From positions 62,001-126,000 of the IMG/VR virus record IMGVR_UViG_3300044700_000691: a DNA stretch of 64,000 bases; one strand, written 5' to 3'. A program made the position numbers and the translations under genes. Below, in pieces: positions 1 to 8,113 of the stretch. Position 1 is the first letter of the stretch, and every line of letters starts with the position of its first letter. Under the pieces are notes generated by a model. It did no database searches. It was not told where the DNA came from and saw only the letters and a program-made list of their open reading frames with translations.

Positions 1-218
1 AGGGCTGGGTTAGCAAATATTTTTATTTTTTTGACCGCTTCAATATTGTTAAAAACTATTGCATCTAGTTTTAATAAAAATCTATCCATAAAGGCAGACA
101 CTCCAAGCATATATGGAGATACTGTTTTTTCAATAATCTTATCTTTATATGAAAACCCTAAATATAGGCGATTTTCTTTTCTCTCAATGGATTTTCTAAA
201 AATTGAATCTCTATGCAT
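1..218 (-). CDS. Hypothetical protein, 3'-truncated by the window edge (MHRDSIFRKSIERKENRLYLGFSYKDKIIEKTVSPYMLG...)
   Basis: ATG at 218-216 lies 2 nt after the TAA of the gp6-like gene and the frame is open to position 1. Not in the ORF track. Confidence 0.75.
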   Translation of the reverse strand, partial: MHRDSIFRKSIERKENRLYLGFSYKDKIIEKTVSPYMLGVSAFMDRFLLKLDAIVFNNIEAVKKIKIFANPA

Positions 219-220
219 AG

Positions 221-1888
221 TTAGTTTAATCTTGTTTCATCTCTAAAGAAGATGTTAATTGCACAAAGTTTATCATCTGACATTCCAGATTCATAAACGT
301 TGCCAGTTTTATCCCTAAAACCGCCTCTAATAATTGCAAACTCATTTGGCTTAATAATAATATCATTAAATGAATCTAGTCCATCCAGTGGCGCATTTAC
401 CATATTTGGATTGTTAATTGCAGATGCCTCATTAGCTTCACCGATAATTTGAATACTAACTGAATCGACTCCGCTAATTCCCTCTACTAGTTTAATTAAA
501 TCACTTTTTGGAATACGATCTTTACGCGTGTTATTAACAAAATAGGATCCTATTTGTTCAACGATTTGACCTTTAATTGAATCTTTATCGTAATCCGCAA
601 ATGTAACCAAGCTAATATTTAAAGCATATTTCTTTGGAATTGGATCTAGTAGTCTAACTGTGGTTGATATAAGTTCGGTTCCAGATTTTTTAATATATTT
701 TAATAATTCTGTTTTTTGGAATGCAGTTAACTTAAATCGATCCTCGATTAGGTTAAAGTAGTCAACTCCACGTGCAAATATTTTAGTAATATCTGGTACT
801 AAGAATATATTAATTACCCGATTGTCATCAGGATCTAGCGTAACCCTAACCGAAGAAAACATTTGTAGTTTTCTCATTAGGACTTCATAATTATCAACAT
901 TAACCAGTGCAAAGTTTTTACTTGCCTTTGGCGCAAGCAGTCTAGTTAAAGCTAGTGACTCTGGATCTGTTCCAAAATTTGGCGAATTTACACAGCTTAC
1001 TGTTACCATATCAGTAAGAGTTACCTCTTCACCTATTGTGTTTAGTGCAGTATCAGTAAATGTAAAAATTAATTCAGATAAGGCATCTGTAACAATATTA
1101 CCAACTGCACCTTCTGTTATTAAATATTCAACAATAATTTCAGCTCCAGTTGGTGGAATTTTTCCAAATGAACCATTTCCAAAATAGATATCAAGACCAT
1201 TAGTAATACCAGTTTTGCAAACATAACAGTTACCATTTCTTGGAATATCTAGCATTGATTGGTAATTTTCCCAGCGCTCTCCATTAACATAGACGTTAAC
1301 TAGGAACTGGTCAATTAAAAAGTTATTTGGATATCCTAACTGTAAACTTTGAAAAGCTTCTCCAGTACTACCAAAGGTTTGTTGCTGAAGTCTACCCTGT
1401 CTAATTGTAAAGTTTAAGCCAGTCGTACCTTTCATATCTAATCGAGCTTCGTCTCCTGGCATTTCCACTACATAATTTAATCCATTGTTTTCACAATTAA
1501 GATTCATGTATTTTGTAAAAATTAATCTATTGCCTGGAATTTTAGTAAAGTCTACTTTTAAACTTGGCTTAACCTGAATCGTGCCGACTGCTGATAGAGC
1601 TCGGCTGGGATTGTGTCCAGATAGTGAAGCTAGTGAATAGACTGAAGATGGGCGGTTTGCCTCATAAATATTAAGTTCAGTAATCGAGTCTTCTATATAG
1701 AATAAAATCAGCTCAGTTAAGTTATGTAAAACTATCAAAAGCTGACCAAACGGGGAAGCTAACGTAAAAATGTCGCCGCTCGTTTTAAATTTCTGTTGTA
1801 GAAACTGCACAGACTCCCTGTATAGTTCGGTAGCATTTGTGCTTAGCCCTTTAAAAAGCTTGTATGTTGGTGAAAGTGTTTCAGCCAT
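221..1888 (-). CDS. Baseplate wedge protein, T4 gp6-like
   Basis: Motifs typical of gp6-type wedge proteins: ANRPSSVYSLASLSGHNP, VYVNGERW, DIYFGNGSFGKIP..GAEIIVEYLITEGAVGN, GTDPESL..TRLLAP. Confidence 0.85.
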   Translation of the reverse strand: MAETLSPTYKLFKGLSTNATELYRESVQFLQQKFKTSGDIFTLASPFGQLLIVLHNLTELILFYIEDSITELNIYEANRPSSVYSLASLSGHNPSRALSAVGTIQVKPSLKVDFTKIPGNRLIFTKYMNLNCENNGLNYVVEMPGDEARLDMKGTTGLNFTIRQGRLQQQTFGSTGEAFQSLQLGYPNNFLIDQFLVNVYVNGERWENYQSMLDIPRNGNCYVCKTGITNGLDIYFGNGSFGKIPPTGAEIIVEYLITEGAVGNIVTDALSELIFTFTDTALNTIGEEVTLTDMVTVSCVNSPNFGTDPESLALTRLLAPKASKNFALVNVDNYEVLMRKLQMFSSVRVTLDPDDNRVINIFLVPDITKIFARGVDYFNLIEDRFKLTAFQKTELLKYIKKSGTELISTTVRLLDPIPKKYALNISLVTFADYDKDSIKGQIVEQIGSYFVNNTRKDRIPKSDLIKLVEGISGVDSVSIQIIGEANEASAINNPNMVNAPLDGLDSFNDIIIKPNEFAIIRGGFRDKTGNVYESGMSDDKLCAINIFFRDETRLN

Positions 1889-1908
1889 CTTGGCGAATTC
1901 TTTTTTAT

Positions 1909-1915
1909 TATTTAT
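1909..1915 (-). promoter_or_regulatory. Late promoter candidate ATAAATA for the gp6-like gene
   Basis: T4 late-promoter-like (TATAAATA) motif about 20 nt upstream of the start codon; the motif recurs across the window. Confidence 0.65.
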
Positions 1916-1996
1916 TAGGGATAATTGAACTTTGGAAAAGATTTTACGTCGCTCAAGACTAAATAGATAATTCTTTAGTATTATACTAAGAAATAT

Positions 1997-2463
1997 GGGG
2001 CTGTTTTGGCGTTTGACAAGCGGTCGTAGTTCTTTGAATGCAGGCGGAGTTAGTATTGGAAACTCTTTAATAACCTATACAAACAATAACTGACAATAAG
2101 TCAACTTGGACTTTCGAAGACGCAATGTCTTTCGTAGGTGCAGATTTAGCAGTAGCTGCCTAATCTCTCCCGTATCACTCATGGGACTTTAAGAAGAAGT
2201 GAAAGCCAAATCCAGGTGGCTCCCTTAATAGTCAAGGCTGACCTTGAGCATCTGATCGTGGACGATCTATACAGGGGGCGAAAGAGTTGGAGTAACAGGT
2301 CGGAGCTCTACTAAATAACTTCGAGACCGGGTTGTTTGAAAGTTTGGTTCCTACATACATCAAACTTTATATTTTGTCCGTTTAGAAAAATGGACTAAGC
2401 CTGTAAATGAATTCATTGAAGTAGCCGGATTGGACACGGGTTCGACTCCCGTCAGCTCCACCA
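1997..2463 (+). ncRNA. ssrA: Phage-encoded tmRNA (SsrA); tag ORF 2092-2163, (A)DNKSTWTFEDAMSFVGADLAVAA*
   Basis: 5' GGGGCTG pairs with 3' CAGCTCC-A-CCA, giving the G3.U alanine determinant. T-arm ACGGG-TTCGACT-CCCGT. Resume context AATAACT|GAC. Tag ends LAVAA-TAA. Pseudoknot-like pairings follow the tag. Confidence 0.95.
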
Positions 2464-2484
2464 CTGTAGTATTTTTCTAGGTGA

Positions 2485-2491
2485 ATAAATA
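2485..2491 (+). promoter_or_regulatory. Late promoter candidate ATAAATA for the gp15-like gene
   Basis: Motif ends 5 nt before the ATG at 2497. Confidence 0.6.
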
Positions 2492-2496
2492 ACCAT

Positions 2497-3246
2497 ATGA
2501 AGAATACAAATACTCAGGATATATTCCTACGTAATCTTACAATCTCCCTACTGGATCTATTAAATAGACAGTTGGAGATTGAATTATGGCGTGACGATCG
2601 CCCAGAAATTCATACAATTCCTTTTTACTTTAATCAAGGAACCGACGAAGGCTTTATGCAAGATTTCTTTATAGGAATTCCTTCTACCTGTAAAATTTCA
2701 CAAATGGCAGAAGGTAACTATGATCCTATTCCAAGAGGAATTATTACCTTAAGTTCATTTAATGTAAAATCTTCAGATCTTGTTAATAAGTATGTTAGAG
2801 GAACCTTTCAGCGCGATGAATTTGATGAAAATGATGCAAAGAAAAGTAAAGCCTATTCAGCAAGACTCTATTCCCTGCCACTTAAAGTAAACTTTGATGC
2901 AAAGATTATTGTAGATAATCTTAATAAAACATTTAAGGCAACTGAAAAACTATTTGATCTTTTCTATAGTAATCGAGTAATGTATTTTCAATATAGAGGA
3001 ATCAGGATCCCTGCTCTATTTGTTTTTCCAGATCAGGCAACAAATGATAAAGCCTACAAATTTTCTTACACTGACAATAATAAAATAACTATCACATTTC
3101 AAATTGAAATTGAGACCTACTTTCCAAGCTTTGATAAAACTACGGAAATGTATAGAGGAAATGTTATCGACCAAATCTTAATGAAGACTGTTGATAATGA
3201 TTCTGGTCAATTAGATGGTAAAACTTGGATAGACGGCACAGAATGA
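2497..3246 (+). CDS. Tail terminator / sheath stabiliser, T4 gp15-like
   Basis: Pattern FLRNLTISLLDLLN...IPFYF...PRGIITLSSF...PLKVNFDAKI...ITFQIEIETYFP follows the gp15 layout and size. Confidence 0.65.
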   Translation: MKNTNTQDIFLRNLTISLLDLLNRQLEIELWRDDRPEIHTIPFYFNQGTDEGFMQDFFIGIPSTCKISQMAEGNYDPIPRGIITLSSFNVKSSDLVNKYVRGTFQRDEFDENDAKKSKAYSARLYSLPLKVNFDAKIIVDNLNKTFKATEKLFDLFYSNRVMYFQYRGIRIPALFVFPDQATNDKAYKFSYTDNNKITITFQIEIETYFPSFDKTTEMYRGNVIDQILMKTVDNDSGQLDGKTWIDGTE

Positions 3247-4049
3247 TGAAATACCTATTAGAATACCGAAAATTTGTCCTTAATGAAGGAGGTAATGCCT
3301 TTCCTGAAACAGTTTCAGTTAAGCGCGAAGATATCCAAAGAATCGTTGCAGAGTTTAACGATAAGGTAGTCCAGGGAATACTTGGAAGCCAGCCTGGTGA
3401 ACCGATTGGTAGCTGGAAACAGAAACCTATTTCAGGCGATATTGATTGCCTGGTATACACAGATTTGGAACTTCCTAAAATTGTAGAACTATGCAAAGCT
3501 CAAGGAATTGATGCAAAAGCATTTTATGGTTTTAATATTGTGTCAACTAATTTTACGCCAACTGGTCATGAGCCAGTGCAAATTGATATTTTCGTAAGAC
3601 CTCAAACTGCAAATAAAGAGGCAACTGATATTTTCTATAAAAATATTGAAGAGGATCCAGATACAACTAAACACCGTGTCTATTTCCTGTTTACTGTATT
3701 AGATTCGCGAAAGGAAGATATTGAAGGCGATCCAGCTAGCCCTTCTAAATTTACAGGCTATATGTTAAGACCAGACGGTCTCTATAAGATTGTTAAAGAG
3801 ATGAAAAAGGTTAACTATAAAATTATGGATCGTCAATTAATAGCTGAGTCAGCAGAAGATATGGCTAAAGCAATTTTTGGTCAGCCTCTACCATTTAGCG
3901 AATGGAATACCTTTAAGAAAACTTTTGATCTTTTTATAAAGTCTCCGCTCTATCCAAATAAACAGGAGATTATAGTGGCCTACACTGAGAAATTAAAAGA
4001 AGAAGGATTACCTTTGCCAACTAGTGTTATGCTAGATTCTTACGTTTAA
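3243..4049 (+). CDS. Pol-beta superfamily nucleotidyltransferase with a putative head-targeting leader
   Basis: GS-x7-GDID motif (IGSWKQKPISGDIDCLV) with a third Asp in VQIDIF. N-terminus MKYLLEYRKFVLNE|GGNAF. Start moved to the ATG overlapping the upstream TGA. Confidence 0.7.
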   Translation: MMKYLLEYRKFVLNEGGNAFPETVSVKREDIQRIVAEFNDKVVQGILGSQPGEPIGSWKQKPISGDIDCLVYTDLELPKIVELCKAQGIDAKAFYGFNIVSTNFTPTGHEPVQIDIFVRPQTANKEATDIFYKNIEEDPDTTKHRVYFLFTVLDSRKEDIEGDPASPSKFTGYMLRPDGLYKIVKEMKKVNYKIMDRQLIAESAEDMAKAIFGQPLPFSEWNTFKKTFDLFIKSPLYPNKQEIIVAYTEKLKEEGLPLPTSVMLDSYV

Positions 4050-4678
4050 CCAATATAGTTAAGACCCTCACCAAAATCTAGGGCAATATCGAAGTTATAG
4101 AATTGGAATGATACTTCAAACGTATTAAATTTTGGCGCATTTTCATTATATGACAGTGAAATATTAGTCATGCCCGATAGAATTGGGTGATTAAATACAA
4201 TCGACGAAACTGCATAACCTTCATTATTTAGGAGAGTTAATCGGATTGGATCCATTGTAATACCCTGAGGATCTTGCACAAATGGTTTACCAACACCATT
4301 TAGAGACCTGCGTAAGTTAGTTGGTTCTAAATTACCTTGATCTAAATAGTTAAGCGCATTATCTAAAAAGATAAAATAATTTAGGTAAGCATCACTTAAC
4401 TTAAATTTGATTGTAAATTTACGTTCAAACATTTCAGCAATTGGCTTTGCACTATGAAACTCTTGCATTTTACCAAGAGGTCTTACTTGACTTACCATTG
4501 GCACAGTAAAGCCATTAAATGTAACTGACTGAATAGTCGATGCCATGAAATCTTCAATAGTCTCATACGGCATAATGAGGCTATTATAATATTTCTCGTA
4601 TTTCTTACTTATCTGCTTTGAGAAGAAAGTATCTGGGAAACTAATTAGGAATCCGTTTTGTCTTGCGCTTAGTATCAT
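4046..4678 (-). CDS. Tail tube terminator / tube-fold protein, T4 gp3-like
   Basis: Tube-fold pattern QSVTFNGFTV...FTIKFKLSDAYLNY...LTLLNNEG..SIVFNHP..MTNISLSY...FEVSFQFYNFDI. Confidence 0.65.
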   Translation of the reverse strand: MILSARQNGFLISFPDTFFSKQISKKYEKYYNSLIMPYETIEDFMASTIQSVTFNGFTVPMVSQVRPLGKMQEFHSAKPIAEMFERKFTIKFKLSDAYLNYFIFLDNALNYLDQGNLEPTNLRRSLNGVGKPFVQDPQGITMDPIRLTLLNNEGYAVSSIVFNHPILSGMTNISLSYNENAPKFNTFEVSFQFYNFDIALDFGEGLNYIG

Positions 4679-4684
4679 ATAGAT

Positions 4685-4691
4685 TATTTAT
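4685..4691 (-). promoter_or_regulatory. Late promoter candidate ATAAATA
   Basis: Just upstream of the ATG at 4678 and downstream of a terminator. Confidence 0.65.
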
Positions 4692-4702
4692 TTAGGCTAA
4701 CC

Positions 4703-4732
4703 AAAAAAGGCTGCACTTGCGTACAGCCTTTT
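4703..4732 (-). terminator. Rho-independent terminator
   Basis: Minus strand reads AGGCTGTAC-GCAA-GTGCAGCCT followed by a T run, after gene 4756-5205. Confidence 0.85.
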
Positions 4733-4755
4733 CTCAGTAGTAGTAGGGTTGGCAA

Positions 4756-5205
4756 TTATGCTTCTACAAACTTAAAGAATGTAGGGTAGTTATTACTACT
4801 TTTTACATCATTAAGTGTTTCCAATTTAATTGGATGATACGACAATTCCTTTTCTTGACTTAATAAGCCATTGAATTCGGTGTTAAATTCAGCAAATTTA
4901 GGATTCATTTTAGAAACCTCTTTACCGTCTTTGTCCATTTCCTTGATAACCATTTGTAGAGAAACTCCACCTTGGTCGTCAGCTGTGCCGTATTTTTTGA
5001 TCAGTTCCTCACGTTGTGCATCTAAGGTTTTTACCTCGGCTAACACAATGTCATTTAATTGATTAATCCAGTATTTAGCCACAAGACCAATTTCTTCGTC
5101 TAGGATACCGGTTTTTATCTTCTCTCCAGTTTGCTGGTTGATCAAGCCGCTAAGTTCGCTTTGTAGAGAGTAGATTTCAAAAAGTTTTACTGTTAAGTTC
5201 TTCAT
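4756..5205 (-). CDS. Hypothetical helical protein (149 aa)
   Basis: Intact ORF with its own upstream motif and downstream terminator. Confidence 0.7.
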   Translation of the reverse strand: MKNLTVKLFEIYSLQSELSGLINQQTGEKIKTGILDEEIGLVAKYWINQLNDIVLAEVKTLDAQREELIKKYGTADDQGGVSLQMVIKEMDKDGKEVSKMNPKFAEFNTEFNGLLSQEKELSYHPIKLETLNDVKSSNNYPTFFKFVEA

Positions 5206-5227
5206 GAAGTTGTTACTTTTTTGTTTC

Positions 5228-5254
5228 TTATACTATAGTTTTAGTATCAGGTTT
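5228..5254 (-). promoter_or_regulatory. Candidate early/middle promoter AAACC-N15-AGTATAA
   Basis: The same bipartite motif occurs upstream of the RuvC-like and groEL genes. Confidence 0.45.
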
Positions 5255-5262
5255 TATTTCAT

Positions 5263-5294
5263 AAAAAAAGGGGAATAAAAAATTTTCCCCTTTT
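5263..5294 (-). terminator. Rho-independent terminator (possibly bidirectional)
   Basis: Inverted repeat AAAAGGGGAA...TTCCCCTTTT with flanking A/T runs. Confidence 0.75.
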
Positions 5295-5312
5295 AAAGAT
5301 TAAAAAATCAGA

Positions 5313-5660
5313 TTACGGTAATTCTGGTTCAGCTGGAGGTGTAACTGGCTCAGGTGCCGCTGCTGGTGCGGGTTGAACCCATTCAGTATCTCTAACTAGA
5401 CCGGCTTTAGCCAATACAATATCAACAAATACCATATCATCAGTACCCCAAGTAGAGGTATCTTCTGACGTGCAGTTAATGTGCTTAGTCATAATTTGAA
5501 CAGCTGGGGTAGCTGGTGATCCTGGCATAGGATCTGTTTCATACAAATTAACAGTGGCAGAAGATCCGCCTGATGCTAAGTCATAGTGCATTAAGTGAAT
5601 AGTAGCAAATTCTGCAGTTTTGCCAAATCCGATAATCGATTCGATTTTTACTTTTAACAT
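5313..5660 (-). CDS. Hypothetical protein with a Pro/Ala-rich C-terminal tail, probably tail-fibre associated
   Basis: Intact ORF; ATG at 5660 preferred over the upstream TTG at 5669; preceded by ATAAATA at 5680-5686. Confidence 0.65.
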   Translation of the reverse strand: MLKVKIESIIGFGKTAEFATIHLMHYDLASGGSSATVNLYETDPMPGSPATPAVQIMTKHINCTSEDTSTWGTDDMVFVDIVLAKAGLVRDTEWVQPAPAAAPEPVTPPAEPELP

Positions 5661-5679
5661 TGTGAACAATATTTTTTAT

Positions 5680-5686
5680 TATTTAT
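5680..5686 (-). promoter_or_regulatory. Late promoter candidate ATAAATA
   Basis: Intergenic, correct orientation. Confidence 0.6.
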
Positions 5687-5692
5687 CTAGTA

Positions 5693-7024
5693 CTAAGCTA
5701 GTCCAAAACGGGTTTGGTACTTCTTAAAGTTTTGAGTAACTTCAGCTTGCGACAGGACTCGATTGTAAATTTTAGCAACTGGGATTTCTCCATTATATGG
5801 ACCAGTTGTAGCCCCATGCCTCTTTCCAAATATAATAACTGAATTAAAATTATAATTAAGGATTGGGTATGCGGTAGTGGTCAATATTAATTGGCCATTT
5901 CTATATAGCTTATAACTGTAATTAGAATATGTTGCAACTAGGTGCACAAACCCTGTAGTAGTTTCCTTTACCCCCGACCAAGCAGTTCTTTCAAATCCAG
6001 TTGACCCAAACCCCCAGCCTTGGCCAGTTTCATTGTATACAATTGTATCAAATGGCTCTCCACTTTCTCCCATTATTCCAATGACTCCTCCGGCTTGATG
6101 ATTTATATCATATACTCTAGTAACAGCTTCATACGTTTTATCTGTAATATTTGGTAAAAATACTCCAGTTTGACCATAGTCGTTTGTACCATCAAATATT
6201 ATTTGTGCATTTGCATCAAAAGAAACAGTTGATATATTAATTGTTGAATTTCCTGCCAAAGGTAAAAGACCCTGTGTTGCAGACCGAGTATAGGCTGAGC
6301 TATATTGAGTAGCATGTGGTTTTACTTCTAATTGAACGTCTGCTATTCTTAATTCGCCAGCGCCAACTGCATGTCCATAAAAATACATGGTTGGTCCACT
6401 ACCTAACTGACCATAGTCCTTGGCCATAAATGTGATAGATACCCTTTGCCAAGTATTAACCTCTGTATTATATCCATTTTGTAAGCCATCATGGAAATCA
6501 TTATAACCACGAGTGGGACTATAAGAATAGATCCCAACATGAGCGGCTCTGTCTAGATTCTCAACGTACTGTAACCAAGATATTGTGTAAAGTGTTCCAG
6601 CAATAATTCCTATACTATTTAGTGACGCTAAGCCTGTCCCAAAATATTTAGCTTGCCAAACGCCCGTTTCATTATACATTCTCACGACAGGCCGCTGTAT
6701 AATAGTATCAAATATCCAATAAGCATGTCTAGTATTATACCACTCAACTCCTGAGTTTGCAGTATTGATACCAGTGTTTAGGTAATATGAAATATCTCCG
6801 CCGTTTGTATTAAAAACTCGAATTGCGCCTGGATGATTGGCTGCTATATTACCTGTGCCAGATTCTGGCATATATGATTCGTATGACCCATCTAATCTGG
6901 CATTTTGATGATAAATGTGATTGGTAGTAGGCTCCCCTAAGTAAGAGTTAACTGTATCTATTGTGTCGTATGCAAAAATTAACCCGCTTGAAACTGATGC
7001 ACCAAATCCGTATTGTATTGCCAT
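5693..7024 (-). CDS. LamG/concanavalin A-like virion protein with an inserted carbohydrate-binding-like domain
   Basis: Start MAIQYG at 7024, directly after the upstream stop. Motifs GLIFAYD, FDGTNDY, HLVATY..LYRNG, GEIPVAKIYNRVLSQAEVTQNF. Confidence 0.8.
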   Translation of the reverse strand: MAIQYGFGASVSSGLIFAYDTIDTVNSYLGEPTTNHIYHQNARLDGSYESYMPESGTGNIAANHPGAIRVFNTNGGDISYYLNTGINTANSGVEWYNTRHAYWIFDTIIQRPVVRMYNETGVWQAKYFGTGLASLNSIGIIAGTLYTISWLQYVENLDRAAHVGIYSYSPTRGYNDFHDGLQNGYNTEVNTWQRVSITFMAKDYGQLGSGPTMYFYGHAVGAGELRIADVQLEVKPHATQYSSAYTRSATQGLLPLAGNSTINISTVSFDANAQIIFDGTNDYGQTGVFLPNITDKTYEAVTRVYDINHQAGGVIGIMGESGEPFDTIVYNETGQGWGFGSTGFERTAWSGVKETTTGFVHLVATYSNYSYKLYRNGQLILTTTAYPILNYNFNSVIIFGKRHGATTGPYNGEIPVAKIYNRVLSQAEVTQNFKKYQTRFGLA

Positions 7025-7025
7025 A

Positions 7026-7739
7026 TTATAATCCGTATCTTGTTTTCTGTACGTTAAAGTTTTGAAGGACTTCTTGCGCTGATAGAGCTCGGTTGTACAC
7101 TCTAAATTGAGAGAAAGATCCTTTATATGGAGCTCCGCCATTCGCATAAGTGCCTAACCCGTAACCATTACTACCCCTACCCATACCGCCATTGTGAAAA
7201 TTAAAATTAGAGGTTCCATCTACCCGAATTCCATTTACATAGGTATTTAAACTTCCTATGCTACTATTAGGTACGGTATCGGTAAATACCCAAGTAAAAA
7301 TGTTCCAAGTATTATTAACCCAACTTCCCATGCCGCCTGGATAATCTCCGCTTGGACTACCGGGAAAGTAGTGAGAGCCCATGCAGCTTGTATGACAATA
7401 AAACATAGGGCCGTAATTTCCATTAGTTCCCATTGATATAATTCCATATGATCCGCCTTGATCTAATCCATTATGATAAAACATTAGCTCTAAGGTAAAG
7501 CTAGAAAGTCCTCCAGTTAATGTAGAGTTTCCAATCCAATCGTTAGTGCCGTCTAGGGTTAATGCTTTAACACCGTTGATTGTTGTATAACTAATTCCAT
7601 TATACAAGGTACCATGATGGTTGCCGCCAGCTAAATCATACCAAGTAGAGCCGCTGCCCGGATATGAGTTAGTATCAGCTGCATCTAGCGCCAATACTAA
7701 GCCGGTTGTAATAATTTTAGGTGAGAAGTGTAAAGCCAT
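7026..7739 (-). CDS. LamG/concanavalin A-like virion protein (short form)
   Basis: GLVLALDAADTNSYPGSGSTWYDL...LDGTNDW...YVNG...FRVYNRALSAQEVLQNF. Confidence 0.85.
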   Translation of the reverse strand: MALHFSPKIITTGLVLALDAADTNSYPGSGSTWYDLAGGNHHGTLYNGISYTTINGVKALTLDGTNDWIGNSTLTGGLSSFTLELMFYHNGLDQGGSYGIISMGTNGNYGPMFYCHTSCMGSHYFPGSPSGDYPGGMGSWVNNTWNIFTWVFTDTVPNSSIGSLNTYVNGIRVDGTSNFNFHNGGMGRGSNGYGLGTYANGGAPYKGSFSQFRVYNRALSAQEVLQNFNVQKTRYGL

Positions 7740-7745
7740 ATAAGA

Positions 7746-7752
7746 TATTTAT
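7746..7752 (-). promoter_or_regulatory. Late promoter candidate ATAAATA
   Basis: Intergenic, 6 nt before the ATG at 7739. Confidence 0.6.
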
Positions 7753-7765
7753 TTGGCTTAAAAAA

Positions 7766-8113
7766 TTATTGAGGCCAATTAGCTTCAATTGGAGAAGACC
7801 ACTCCTCAGTTGCAAGAAGAGCAAGGATTTCCGAATGAGTTAATTCTGGATAAGAGTCACTCCAAACCGAAGGCCTGCCATAGGTTCCGGCTATGGTCGT
7901 AAAAGTCGATTCTTCCATAGATTCAGGATTTAACATTGTTGTGACAATATCTTCTTCGACTACTTGAATTTCATATTTAATAAATGTTTTGGTTCCATCT
8001 AGTGAATATCGTAGGGACTCTTGATTAAATTCTAAAACCTGATCGAAATTGATAGATTCGACTAGGGCAGATGGAATTATTAACCATCTTCTGTTTTCAA
8101 ATGGGGTTTGCAT
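7766..8113 (-). CDS. Small hypothetical protein within the LamG cluster
   Basis: Intact ORF (INFDQVLE...SLRYSLDGTKTFIKY...THSEILALLATEEW) with a TAATG overlap with the upstream gene. Confidence 0.7.
   Translation of the reverse strand: MQTPFENRRWLIIPSALVESINFDQVLEFNQESLRYSLDGTKTFIKYEIQVVEEDIVTTMLNPESMEESTFTTIAGTYGRPSVWSDSYPELTHSEILALLATEEWSSPIEANWPQ

Noticed and set aside
2430-2463. Standalone tRNA-Ala
   Set aside because: The T-arm and acceptor end pair with 1997-2003 and enclose a tag ORF, so this is the tmRNA 3' end.
3225-3242. Upstream start for the nucleotidyltransferase
   Set aside because: It lies inside the gp15-like gene. The ATG overlapping that gene's stop codon fits better.
7025-7147. 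N-terminal extension of ORF 5693..7147
   Set aside because: It overlaps the upstream LamG gene. Paralog alignment places the start at MAIQYG (7024).
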